Shown here: positions 25,218 to 44,863 of the stretch, in pieces
How positions within the stretch are numbered: the stretch's first letter is position 1
Layout of the letters: every line of letters begins with the position of its first letter
Assembly: GCF_009914755.1 (NCBI RefSeq)
Contig: NC_060938.1
Source: the human T2T-CHM13v2.0 reference genome, Homo sapiens
Length of the DNA: 64,000 bases
Reading direction: 5' to 3' (one strand)
The notes under the pieces: generated by a model
Told to the model about the DNA's origin: nothing
Seen by the model: the letters and a program-made list of their open reading frames with translations, nothing else
Database searches by the model: none
Position numbers and translations under genes: made by a program

Positions 25218-26669
25218 TATTGACTGATGAATAAACAAAATGTGGTATAGCCATACAATGGAATATTGTTCAGTTACAAAAAAGAATAACATTCTGATAC
25301 ATGCTACAACATAGATGAACCTTGAAAATATTATGCTAAGTGAAAGAAGTCAGACACAAAAAGACAAGTATTATATGATTCCATTTATATAAAATGTCCA
25401 GGATAGTCAAATCAACAGAGACCAAAAGTAGATTAATGGTTGACAGAGGCTGAAGGTAGGGAGGAAATGGGGAGTGACTTTAATGGGTACAGGGTTTTTT
25501 TTAGATAAAGAAAATGTTCTGGAATTAGTGGTGATGCACAACCTTGTACAACCTTTTTGCAATATAGTGCAATAAGACAATATTGTACAATCTTGTTTAT
25601 ATACTAAAAGCCATTAAATTACACACTTTAAAGGGGGTGCATTTTATGACATGGGAAGTGTACATTAAAAATAAATAACTATTCCCTAGCAAGCTGACTA
25701 AAAATAATAAAAATAAAACATATATTAATACATAAATAAGTAAGCTAGGACAATGGGATGAACTAAAACTGAATGTATGAATATCCAAGATCTGGCACTT
25801 AATGTACTTCCGGTTCCTAAAGATAAATAACTGGAGAATGCTGGGGTTGAAGAAGACGCCCAAATGTTTTCCCCACAACAAAATGTTTAAACCTGAAATC
25901 AGAAACTTTAAAGGAGAGGCTATACTAATGTTACATATAGCTTCCAGATCATCTCAATTTTGCTTCATCTCCCTAAACAATATGAAGACAAAATTTAGTG
26001 GTTTCATTTGATTTGTGTCACAATCTTTATCTTTCTTAAACAACATTTCAGCTGTAATTAGTGTTTTGGTTGTATTAACATCCCTTCTATCTCTCAATTT
26101 CTTTGCTTTGTCTCTCCCAAACAATATTTAGCTGAAAATTAGCATTATCATTCCATTCATATTCCTTCTGTTTCTCATCTCCCTGAAAATTTTGGTTACT
26201 TCTCAATGCCCTGTCTCCTTCATAAGTCCCTCTAGTCACTTTTTTCTTTTCTTTTTCCCATAATCAGCTTGTTCTTGCTCCTAGTAATTCCATGTTATTT
26301 TTCTAAAATACCTTTCTGTTGTTAATAAACTTTCCTATACTCCTAGCCTTTCCTTAACAATCCTTTGATTGTTAAGGAAATCATAATCTGATGTTCTGCT
26401 GGTTCTATATTAGGGTTTTCAGGCCCTTACTCTCGTCTACTCCCCCACTGAAGTTCACATCCTCTTGAAACATCACTTTCTCCCCATCCTCAGCTCTACC
26501 ATTTGCTGACCTTCATACCACACTCTCATAGTGATTAAAGATTTGGGCACAGAATTATGGGTATTTCTGTCTGTTCTGAGTCTTATCATCCCAGATTACC
26601 TTTACTGTAAGGTAACCAGTATTTATATTTCTAATATCCAATGACATAGTCATACAACATATTAGCTTT

Positions 26670-26967
26670 AATTTATTTATTTGAGAAAGAGTCTTGTTCT
26701 GTTGCCCAGGCTGGAGTGCAGTGGCGTGATCATGGTTTACTGCTGCCTTGATCTCCTGAGCCCAAGTCATCCTCCTGCCTCAGCTTCCCAAGTAGCTGGG
26801 ACCACGGGCACATGCCACCGCACCCAGTTAATTTATTTTCATTTTTTTGTAAAGATGGGGTCTTCCTGTGTTGCCCAGGCTGTTCTTGAACTCCTGGGTT
26901 CAAGTGACCCTCCCTCCTTGGCCTCCCAAAGTGCTGAAATTACAGGCATGAGCCATCATGCCTGGCC
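26670..26967 (-). mobile_element. AluJ
   Basis: Alu consensus similarity. Confidence 0.88.
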
Positions 26968-28299
26968 CAACTTCTTAAAAGCACTAGTCTTCTTGAATTC
27001 TCTTTGTCTAGTCTGTTAGCTCCTTGCTGATTTTATCCTTCCTTGCCAGTTTGGATTTATGAGATCAGTTGTTTCAGCTACATTCTTACTAGCACTCATA
27101 ATTCCTTCCACTCCATGACCTTAATACATTGCATCTCTTCTGCCAATCTCTGAATGTGAATCAACTCAACCATCTGCTTTTTCCAATCTGCTCTTGGACT
27201 GCCAAGAAAATTGCATAACTGTGCTTTCTACTTTATAGCATTAATTATGATTTAACCACAGCTAGTTGGTTTGATTACCCATTTCCTATAGTAGCTATGT
27301 CAAATATTCACTACTGTCCTCAAGCCACTACTTCATGCCATCATCCTCTCTCCAAGATAATCAAGTCCTATGTTTTACCGCAAAAGTAGATGGCACAATG
27401 TCTGAACTCCATCAGAGCTCTCACCGGAAACTCAGCCATCTTTCCTCCTACCTGAGAGGATACTCAAAGTTTTCTAATAACATCCCTCTATTTTTGCTTT
27501 TGATATGAGATTTTGCTCCATAAGTTATTGTGTCTCTTCTTTCTTCAATTTCACTATCTACTTCCTCTTGCTCTAAAAATATGCTAACATTTTTTGTATC
27601 TTAAAAAAAATCCCCTTAATACTGCTGTCCTACAAAACTACTGTCTTCCATCTCCTTCCCTTCATCTATAACTTCCTGAAAGAATTTTCTACACTTTTCT
27701 ATTTTTATATAAAAGTCCCATTCATTTCTCGAGATATTTGGCTTACATAATTCCAAGGGACCTGCACTGAATAATGTTCATAGTGACCTCCTAATTGTAA
27801 ATCCTATTTTTTTTTTAAATAGTACTTTCTTACTCTAGTGGATTGTTCTAGGATTGGACATTGTTCACCACAAACCACTTGGATAGAAATTCTCCCTTCT
27901 CTTGGATTCTCTTCTAGTTTTGTTTTGTTTTGTTTCTAGGTTTCTTTCTAGGTTTTTCTTTACGTCATTCTCTTCTAGTTTTTCTCCTACCTCTTTTTCC
28001 ACCCCTCTTCAGCCTCTCAATATTATCTTTCTTTTGTTGTTTGTTTTTATGTTTAAAATTTTTTTGTAGAGACAGGGTCTTGCTGTGTTGTCCAGGCTGG
28101 TCTCAAACTCCTGGCCTCAAATGATCTTCCTGCCTCACCCTCCCAAAGTGCTGGAATTACAGGCATGAACCACCATACCTGGCTGATGTTATCTCTTAAT
28201 CTACCTCTTTGTTAAACATTTAGTTTCTTATTGTTTCTTAGTTGATATCTTTTCTACACACTCTTTCTGGGCAATGTCATCCATTTTGGTGACTTTTTT

Positions 28300-30310
28300 T
28301 TTTTTTTAAGGGTACAGTTCAGTAGTGGTAAGTATATGGACATTGTGAAACAGATCTCCAGAACTTTTCTTTTTTTTTTTTTTTTTTATTATACTTTAAG
28401 TTTTAGGGTAAGAATTTTTCTTAGTACAGAACAAAATGAAAAGTCTCCCATGTCTACTTCTTTCTACACAGACATGGCAACCATCCGATTTCTCAATCTT
28501 TTCCCCACCTCTCCCCGCCCTCCACTCCACAAAACCGCCACTGTCATCATGGCCCGCTCTCAATGAGCTGTTGGGTACACCTCCCAGACGGGGTGGTGGC
28601 CGGGCAGAGGGGCTCCTCACTTCCCAGTAGGGACGGCCGGGCAGAGGCGCCCCTCGCCTCCCGGACGGGGCGGCTGGCCGGGCGGGGGGCTGACCCCCCC
28701 ACCTCCCTCCCGGATGGGGCGGCTGGCCGGGCAGAGGGGCTCCTCACTTCCCAGTAGGGGCAGCTGGGCAGAGGCGCCCCTCACCTCCCAGACAGGGCGG
28801 CTGGCCGGACGGGGGACTGACCCCCCCACCTCCCTCCCAGACGGGGCGGCTGGCCGGGCGCGGGGCTGAACCCCCCACCTTCCTCCCGGATGGGGCGGCT
28901 GGCCTGGCGGGGGCTGACCCCCACCTCCCTCCCGGACGGGGTGGCTGCCGGGCGGAGACGCTCCTCACTTCCCAGACAGGGTGGCTGCCGGGCGGAGGGG
29001 CTCCTCACTTCTCAGACGGGGCGGCTGCTGGGCAGAGGGGCTCCTTACTTCTCAGACGGGGCGGTTGCCAGGCAGAGGGTCTCCTCACTTCTCAGACGGG
29101 GCGGCTGGGCAGAGTTGCTCCTCACCTCCCAGATGGGGTTGCGGCTGGGCAGAGGTGCTCCCCACATCTCAGACGATGGGCGGCCGGGCAGAGACGCTCC
29201 TCACTTCCTAGATGGGATGGCGGCCGGGAAGAGGCGCTCCTCACTTCCTAGATGGGATGGCGGCGGGGCAGAGACGCTCCTCACTTTCCAGACTGGGCAG
29301 CCAGGCAGAGGGGCTGCTCACGTCCCAGACGATGGGCAGCCAGGCAGAGACACTCCTCACTTCCCAGACGGGGTGGCGGCCGGGCAGAGGCTGCACTCTC
29401 GGCACTTTGGGAGGCCAAGGCAGGCGGCTGGGAGGTGGAGGTTGTAGCGAGCCGAGATCACGCCACTGCACTCCAGCCTGGGCACCATTGAGCACTGAGT
29501 GAACCAGACTCCGTCTGCAATCCCGGCACCTCGGGAGGCCGAGGCTGGCAGATCACTCGCGGTTAGGAGCTGGAGACCAGCCCGGCCAACACAGCGAAAC
29601 CCCGTTTCCACCAAAAAAATACGAAAACCAGTCAGGCGTGGTGGCGCGCGCCTGCAATCGCAGGCACTCGGCAGGCTGAGGCAGGAGAATCAGGCAGGGA
29701 GGTTGCAGTGAGCCGAGATGGCAGCAGTACAGTCCAGCTTCGGCTTGGCATCAGAGGGAGACCGTGGAAAGAGAGGGCGAGGGAGACCGTGGGGAGAGGG
29801 AGACCGTAGGGAGAGGGAGAGGGGGAGGGGGAGGGGGAGGGGGCCAGAACTTTTCATCTTGCAAAACTGAAAACCCTATACCCCTTAAACAACAACAACA
29901 AAAACCCGTTTTCCCCTCCCTCCAGGCCCTGGTAACTATCATTCTACTTTCTATTTCTATAAATTTGACTACTTTAGATATCTCCTATAAGTGAAATTAT
30001 ACAGTGTTTGTCTTTTTGTGACTGGCTTATTTCACTTAGCATAATGTCCTCAAGTCTCATCCATGTTGTAATATGCAACAGGGTTTCCTTTTCAAGTCTG
30101 AATAATATTCCATTGTATGTGTATACCACATTTTGTTTATTCACTCTTTGATGGGCACTTGTGTTGCTTCTATGTCTTAGCTATTGTGAATAGTGCTACA
30201 ATGAACATGGGTATGCAAATATCTGCTTTCAATTCTTTTGTTTATATACCCAGAAGTGAAATTGCTGGATCATATAGTAGTTCTATTAGTATTTTGAGGA
30301 AGCACCATAG
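28300..30310 (-). mobile_element. Old L1MA/MB fragment hosting the SVA
   Basis: Antisense L1 3' sequence resumes across the SVA TSD (gtgactggcttatttcacttagcataatgtcctcaag). Confidence 0.75.
28370..29843 (-). mobile_element. SVA retrotransposon (hexamer repeat, Alu-like region, VNTR, truncated SINE-R) ending in an L1-derived tail
   Basis: (CCCTCT/CCCCCT)n 5' end, GC-rich VNTR units, start of SINE-R, poly(A); perfect 12-bp TSD ccagaacttttc at 28358-28369 and 29844-29855. Confidence 0.96.
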
Positions 30311-31816
30311 TTAACTTTGGTGACTTTAACTACCATATGTGCAGCTAACTTCCAAATCTATATCCCTTGCCTTAATCTGTCTCCTGAAATATACTGATAT
30401 GAGGCCCAAAAGGAGGGAAATATGTTTTATCTTTGTATCTCTTGTTTTTGTATCTACTTGTATACTTGGTATACAAGTAGACTCTAAATAAATTCTTGTT
30501 GAAGAAACTATGCCTTTTTAATTCTGAGTGTGAGGGAGCTAAAGTCCAAATTTTTTTCCATTGATTATTGTGTAAATCACTGTTGTAAGCTTCTTAATGA
30601 TGGTCACTGCGCAGTATACTTACCTGTTTGGTTATAATGCCTACCAGTGCTTTACACATACAAGGTAGCAAGTATCTCACTCATTAAATCTAGTAATAAT
30701 TGAAAATATTTATCAAACTGAGTAGCAGTGGTTCAGTATTGAAATGCTTGCAAAATTTCTCTTTCCTGTTTCTAAATGAAAACATAAGGGGAAAATATGG
30801 GAATTAATATGGTATCATGATAATCCTATACATATTTTAGGATAAACACAAATCTGTGGGCCATATAGTGATGAACACTTTCTGGTCATAAGACCTCAGT
30901 AAAATAGAACATGCCGATAAAATTTTCAGAAAAGTCTAGGAAATAGCAAATTTATATCACCACTGGGGGGAAAGGGATTTTTTAAAAAAAACCTTGTTGA
31001 AGCATATGGGCACTCACTATTATTTATGAGATGATAGCAAGTGTACTGAGTAACATTTTAAACAATATTCTGAAAACATCTTGAAACAAAAATTCAGCGC
31101 AGATTTATAAAGCAAAAAAAAGCAATCTAACACCAACGTGATTGAGGACACAAAATTTAATCATTGCTTAAAGATTATCAGATATTTCTCTTTCACTATT
31201 GAACGGAGATTTAATACTTGCAGTAACTTCTGCCAACTCAGAACCCTGAGAAAATAAGTCACTTTCTTTACAGAAATAAGAAGAAAAAAAAGGATATTAC
31301 CAACAATGGAAGAGGAATGCAGAGTGGCAACAGCTCCAAGTGGACCTGGCAGACTATGAACACTAGAATCACCAAGGAAACATGGAGCTATGAAATGGCA
31401 AAAGGCTGTGTGAAAACCCTGACGCTTTTTGGTTCAGCCTTTAAAAACCAAATGAAAACTCAAGAGATACAAGAGTGTGGTTATTTTGATGAACAACTCA
31501 CAAACTAGTTGAATTAAAAGAAACTGGTTCAAATGAACACAAACCTAAACATTTTTTCAGTTCGTCTAATTAAAGTCTAACCAATTCCTTCTAATTTAAA
31601 AGATCCAGTTTTGGATATATCCAAGACTAAAACACAATCTCATCAAAGTCTATTTAATATGGTGTAAATCTCACGGGAACTGTGACTATCTTCTCTCCCA
31701 GTCTAAACCTTGTGGCTTTTCTGATTGCTTTTTATAATGATTGATGTTCATATCTCTCACTTATTTTATAAGAAATAAAGAAAACAAAGATCATAAACTC
31801 ACACACAGAAAAATAA

Positions 31817-31963
<147 letters not shown>

Positions 31964-32306
31964 TGAAGATTCACTACCCTAGCCAAAAGTGTCTTCTCCT
32001 TCTGCAGCTATTTTATTAATAAAACTCACTGATAGCATTGTCCAGACATCAGAGACCACATACTACCTAGTGCATTTTTGTGGCTAATGTGTCCCCTACT
32101 AGATGGTAAATTCCTTGGGGCTAGTGATCATATCTTAAACATTTCACACAGCCCCTAGCTACACTGCTGACCTGCAGATTATAAAGACCACAACATTTAA
32201 GTGGAAAGCAAGTATCCATTATGCAGTATTAAGCAAATGTTAGATTTTCAACATATGGGTTTTAAAAGGCAAATATGTATATAATGAAAAGAAGTAAAAG
32301 CCCTGT

Positions 32307-33131
<825 letters not shown>

Positions 33132-33822
33132 GAAATAAAAGCCCCGAGGACTTTCAGAATGTAATCAGAAGAAAAAATAATGCAGGCATTGAGCAAACTA
33201 AACTTAAAAGATGGTCATGTTTGCTCATAGACATACCTTGGGGCTGCTAAGGAAATCAGAAGAATGCCAGGAATAGAAAGTGTGCCTTAGCCTATCTACA
33301 TTAGTACAAGGTTGAAGTAAACAGTCTCTCAAAGTTGGAGCCAAGGGTTACATTTTCGCTAGTATGATCAGACATTTTCTAAAAAAACTCCATACCTTCC
33401 CTTAAAACAAAAAAAAAGCCCACAATTACTTTCCCAACCTCAAATGTTTATGGCAATAATAGCTAATGGTTCTCAGATACTGTTATACAGGGTGTGGTGC
33501 ATTCTCCACATAAATTCTTCTTTTCACATTCAGATAAAAGGCTGATGTAATAGGTCAAATTTTATTAAGCTTCTTAAGAGAAAAATGCTGACTAACCCAG
33601 TGTGAAGAATTCATTCACATGGAAAAGTCCAGTAAAAAGAAGTAGGGTCATATTTATCTTAAAGTTGGCTATTTGTGATGTATCCCACATAACTGCTTTA
33701 TTTTGTGATTAAATATAGAAGGGTTTTAATAAATCTTGTTTCATCAAAATTCATATTTGTAAACAAAATAAAGATATTTTTGCATCATAGAAAGTTTGCT
33801 TTATGAAAAGACTCAAATATAG

Positions 33823-34050
<228 letters not shown>

Positions 34051-34482
34051 TAATACAGTGTAAACACACTGTACTATGTACACTAACACACTATACTATG
34101 TCTTCCTACCATTATACTGTCTCTGCCCAATATTACTTATTCTCTTGCAGTCGACATATTAATATAAAAAATTAAAGCCAAAGTACTTAATCTTATAAAA
34201 TACATCACAAGCATCAGGAGTGGCACAATCATAACGCCAAAGGTGGTAGAGGCAGAAGAAATTACTATGGGGTCAGAAGAGACTGAGTAATGATGGATTT
34301 AGAGTACAGAAAAGGGCAAGTTAGGTAAGGCCATGATCTAAGAAAAATATAAATAGGGCTATACTGGAAAAATACAAATAGAGGTATACTGGGAGTAGCG
34401 GGAGAAAAGGTGAGACAGTTGAGCTGGAGCCAGATTATAAACCGTGATACCAGCCTTAGAAGCCTGGGCTTCATTCTGGTTA

Positions 34483-34645
34483 ACAGTGGTTCTGGGATTC
34501 CAGTGTACACAAGAATCATCTTGGGGAGAGACTGGTGACTAGACAGATTTTAACTCCTGAGATTCTAATTTAGTATGTTTGGGATGGTCCCAGAAAACTG
34601 CATCTTAACAGGTGATTCCAGTACAAAGACACACTTTGAGACACT
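34483..34645. mobile_element. MER5-like hAT element
   Basis: cagtggttct...agattctaatttagta...cacactttgaga pattern. Confidence 0.6.
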
Positions 34646-34812
34646 CCACCATAGGACAAATGATTAAGAAACTCTACTATTAACTATTGCAAATATGCCA
34701 ATTCCCCATATGCTGTGAAAATATTCAATTGCATCCAATTTTTCTTTGTTATTTGGCACTGACTTTGTCACTGTTTACATCTTGAGTGAATTTGTTTAAC
34801 AATGCGCTTTTC

Positions 34813-35738
34813 GGGGTAATATCCACGATCTACAAAGAACTTAAACAAATTTACAAGAAAAAATCAAACAACCCCATCAAAAAGTAGGTGAAAAAAGTAG
34901 GATATGAACAGACATTTCTCAAAAGAAGACATTTATGCAGCCAACAGACACATGAAAAAATGCTCATCATCACTGGCCATCAGAGAAATGCAAATCAAAA
35001 CCACAATGAGATACCATCTCACACCAGTTAGAATGGCAATCATTAAAAAGTCAGGAAACAACAGGTGCTGGAGAGGATGTGGAGAAATAGGAACACTTTT
35101 ACACTGTTGGTGGGACTGTAAACTAGTTCAACCATTGTGGAAGACAGTGTGGCAATTCCTCAAGGATCTAGAACTAGAAATACCATTTGACCCAGCCATC
35201 CCATTACTGGGTATATACCCAAAGGATTATAAATCATGTTGCTATAAAGACACATGCACACGTATGTTTATTGCAGCACTATTCACAATAGCAAAGACTT
35301 GGAACCAACCCAAATGTCCAACAATGATAGACTGGATTAAGAAAATGTGGCACATATACACCATGGAATACTATGCAGCCATAAAAAAGGATGAGTTCGT
35401 GTCCTTTGTAGGGACATGGATGAAGCTGGAAACCATCATTCTGAGCAAACTATCGCAAGGACAGAAAACCAAACACCACATGTTCTCACTCATAGGTGGG
35501 AACTGAACAATGAGAACACTTGGACACAGGGTGGGGAACATCACACACCAGGGGCTGTCGTGGGGTCGGGGGAGGGGTGAGGGATAGCATTAGGAGATAT
35601 ACCTAATGTAAATGACGAGTTAATGGGTGCAGCACACCAATATGGCACATGTATACATATGTAACAAACCTGCATGTTGTGCACATGTACCCTAGAACTT
35701 AAAGTGTAATAAAAAAATTACAAACAAACAAAAAAAAC
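34813..35738 (+). mobile_element. 5'-truncated L1PA (ORF2 C-terminal 200 aa still open, 3' UTR, poly(A))
   Basis: ORF 34904-35506 is the L1 ORF2p Cys-rich C-terminus; TSD caatgcgcttttc at 34800-34812 and 35739-35751. Confidence 0.96.
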
Positions 35739-36787
35739 CAATGCGCTTTTCTGGTTCTCTGACTCTCTGAAATCTCTATCGTCTCCTCTGGCCTCTCATA
35801 CTTTGCCGTTTCTTTACATGTTATTTCTTAAGATTCTGATTTTAGTCCTCTACAGATCTCCTTGAGTGATTTCATTCACTCCTAAGGCGTATAGAGAATG
35901 CTGATGCCAACCTCAGAAGATTAGACTTTGTCCTGTCGATAAAGAGGAGTTATAGAAGTTTCTAAGAAGTAGAATATCATAGAGAAAGACATGTTCTGGG
36001 AATATAACCTTGGAGATGGTCTGCAGAAAAGGAATGGGGATAGGAGAAACAGGAGGTAGGGAGAATAGTTATGAAACTATCAAAATAACTGTTTAAAGTC
36101 ATCACCAAGGGATGACTTCAAAACGAAAATGTTACTTTTCTAGTAGTTCTTCCCTTTAAGAAACTAGTCTTATTTCAATAAATTAATAGGCAAGACCCTT
36201 CTAAGGACATTGGAATTTCATTATCTTTTTTTTTTGCTATACATTTAACTATAATATAACAAATTAGGTCCTCTGCAATGTTAATCACAGATAGTAAAAA
36301 TCTGACATGACATTGTTCTATTATAACATCAATGTGAGTTCTTTTCTAAAACAAGTGGCATGAAGGATTTTATAGTATTGATATTGATATCTGATAAATT
36401 TAGTTCTTTCATTATGGAGTCAAGAAATCATCACTAGTACAGATACTATTCAGAAATAAATGGTATACCTTCTTTTATGACTTGAACTCATGAAAGAATG
36501 GTAAAAGTATGTTTGATTTTACTTTATATGAAAGTACTCAAGCTATTACAACCATATCCATTGTGTCTTATACACAATGGAAAATATAGTATTTTCTATA
36601 ATTGAATCCAGAGGTTTCTAAATTGGCAGATAAAATAGTACCTGTATTTAGATATTCTATTTGAAACATGCTTTAATCTTAGGAAAACAGAGGCAGAAAG
36701 CACCTAAATTAGGTGCAATCCTGTCTGCTCCTAATTTAGAAAATAAACCAATTTATTGGCTATTCTTTCTCAAGTGATCCACATTGA

Positions 36788-37119
<332 letters not shown>

Positions 37120-37641
37120 AATTTCAATTTTTAACAACTGTCACTACAAGAAAGTCAAGAAAATAGAAATTAGTCCTCCCTCTTGTGTGACCTTGGGGAA
37201 ATTCCTTAAGCATTGTCTTACTTTCCACAGCGCTATCCTCATCATACATATACTGTGAAGATAAAATATCTGTTGAAGATTCTTTGAGCACCTTGGGCCA
37301 GAAGAGCTACAGAAAGCCAAGGTATAGTTATTTTCATATCCACGACTTCATTTGCCTTTTCCCTTGTTGTAGCCTCTCTGGAAATTAAGCAAAGATGCCT
37401 ATCACCTTCTGCTTAATAACCCTTCATGTACTTGAAATTGTTATTCTCCCCAGGTACCTCAAGCACATTTTTTAAAGAGGATTGCCTAAACTCTAAAACA
37501 GCAATCAAGGGCTATGAGTCAGCATTTCACCTAGACATAAAATCAAAATGGTTTAAAATAGGTAACATTATCTTTTTGAAATATGTACATACCTCTTTGG
37601 AGAAACTTTGAGACAACTGGAGTTTGCAAGTTTATGAATAG

Positions 37642-37647
37642 TTTATT
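37642..37647 (-). terminator. Probable DTD2 polyadenylation signal AATAAA
   Basis: tttatt on the + strand in unique sequence ~2.1 kb after the stop; other AATAAA hexamers occur in the UTR. Confidence 0.6.
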
Positions 37648-38064
37648 ACATTTCAGTAAGTGTATTGTGAATCAATAAAGCAAAAGTTAAGGACAATGAG
37701 CTCATTACCAAGCCAGTTATTGATTCTCTGGTTCCAAAATAGAACAGTACAGGAAGGGTATAGAGAAAATAGGATTTTTCATGATAAAAATTTTAAGCAT
37801 CTTAGGAACACAGACCTAAAGAAACTATAAGACACAACGGAAATTTCAGCAGCTACTTAGGATGTTTATTTATTTACCTTTTTTTGCCAATTAGAATTAG
37901 TTATTTGGTTTTTACTCTTAAAAAAAAAAAGTATTTTCAACTCAAGTCAGAGGAGTTTGCCAAAACTGAATATTACCTCTTACTGACTTAATTATTCTTT
38001 CAATTTCTTGTATATCTTCCTCTCTTGCCTTTGAAAAGTTTACCTTACTAGCTGTCTATCTTAT

Positions 38065-38326
38065 ATCACTGTCGTAGCTCAGACTGCCCTAACAAAATAC
38101 CATAGGACTGGGTGGTTTAAACACCAGAAATTTATTTCCTCACAGTTCTGGTGATTAGAAGTTCAAACTCAAGGTGTCAGCATGGTCTGTTTCTGGAGAC
38201 TACTTTCTTTCTGGCTTATATGTTCCAGGATGGGATGGTTGGAGGAGCCCCATCTCCAGATACCATCACATTAATAAGGGCTTCAACATATAAATTTTGG
38301 GGACGGGAACATCTAGTCCAAAACAT
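38065..38326. mobile_element. MLT1A-like MaLR LTR within the DTD2 3' UTR
   Basis: taacaaaataccata...agaaatttatttcctcacagttctgg motif. Confidence 0.8.
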
Positions 38327-38699
38327 TCACTAACAGAAAAATTGACACTGGCTCCATATCATCAAGCAGATAATATGGAAATGAACAAGTCAATTTGTTT
38401 TCAAACTATTCTTATGGGAAGCTTCCCTTTTTCTCCCTTTTACAGCAATCTAATTCAATGGAAAAGGAACTTCTTAAACAATTTATGAACTAACACTAAT
38501 TTCATGAACCAGTTCTTTAAAAAGCGAAGACAAAAAGTGAGACACATGATTTTGGTAAAAACTGAAAAATAGACCATTAACCCATTTATATAGTATGTTT
38601 AATAAAAACAACTTTTAAACCCTTATACTTTGTTCTTATATCAAGTAAAGATTCTTAAAGTAATGTAAAACATTTGAATGTCCCTGGAAAGTAATATAA

Positions 38700-39433
<734 letters not shown>

Positions 39434-39715
39434 TTAAGAACATTTCCTTAATGACTATGAAGTGAATAGACAGCATATTTCAAATTTTCAAGTAGAAGGG
39501 TAGAGGAATGTAGGACAAAAGGTGACTGAGATCCAGAGTTTAGGTGACTTGGCAAAGTCATCCAATTAGCAGGTGCAGAGTTATATATGAAACCCAAGAT
39601 TTTCCTGTCTAAAAATGCTGAAGATTAGTATATTCAAGATTAAGGGGAAGAAAATCTAATTATACTTTAGATCATTTCATACCAGAAAACAGCTATAGAA
39701 ACTAGTTTTTCATTT

Positions 39716-40041
39716 TCAAAACTCAATTAAGTGTGTGAATGGTCCGTTGGTGTCCAGCTTTAACACCTGCCTGTTCCCATAAGTGCCATGTTCCACTACA
39801 ACCCTAGCTTCAGCACACTTGCTATTAGCAGCTACTTCTTTTTCACATAGAGTCACAAATTGAGAGTAAAGTTCAAACCCTTCTTCTTTTCCAGAGTTAG
39901 AGTGATATTGCATGTTTCTTCCTTTTAGTCTTCCTCCAAGGGTAGCTTGAGGGATAATAAGAATGTTGCCAGGTAGATCCAATATAGAGACATGCTTGCC
40001 ATTTTCTGTCTCACTTAATTTCACATTTAACAGTGTATTAA
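39716..40041 (-). CDS. DTD2: DTD2 coding exon 3 (VNTLLNVKL...PQATL...[11 protein letters not shown]); total CDS 111+70+326=507 nt, 168 aa
   Basis: Acceptor cttcctcacccag|TT; PQATL and NGPFTH motifs of the DTD-fold ATD/DTD2 family; TGA stop. Confidence 0.97.
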
Positions 40042-40435
40042 CTGGGTGAGGAAGAAAGGCAAAACATTTTAAAGTGAAAAACAAACATGAAGAAAACCAT
40101 CAAGTTTTTAGTCAGCAAATCTCATGTTTAAAATTCAGTTTGTCAGCTCATGCCTCTAACCCAAAGTCTCTATTTAGATTTAAAATACTGCTTCACTAAG
40201 CTAAATAATCTAAGCATGAAAAATAAGGCAATTTTCATGCAGAAAATGGCATGATATTTTAAATCTGAATTGGCAGTTAAGATAACCTAACAATAAGTTC
40301 ATCCAGAAAGGTCTAAAGAATTAACTGTACACTGGAACCTCAAATATTGTTCCCCTGGGGGAATACATGAGAAGATTTTACCTTCCTGTTCTTTTTATTT
40401 AGTAAGTAAATCCCACTGGAAAAATATGAGGATAA

Positions 40436-44826
<4,391 letters not shown>

Positions 44827-44863
44827 TCTCACTCTTAAAAAAGAAACAAAGTCAAACACATAC

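Noticed and set aside
28396-29994. Repetitive ORFs and a CRISPR-like repeat appearance
   Set aside because: This is the SVA VNTR: degenerate tandem units without unique spacers, no cas genes, human DNA
31290-31560. Purine-rich, coding-looking stretch (63-aa ORF)
   Set aside because: No recognisable homology or splice signals; possibly an ancient repeat, not callable without a search
34904-35506. 200-aa intact ORF as a possible novel gene
   Set aside because: C-terminus of L1 ORF2p in a 5'-truncated, promoterless L1PA; an open frame is expected for a young copy
40042-40084. N-terminal extension [14 protein letters not shown] of the 122-aa ORF
   Set aside because: Intronic polypyrimidine tract upstream of the exon 3 acceptor
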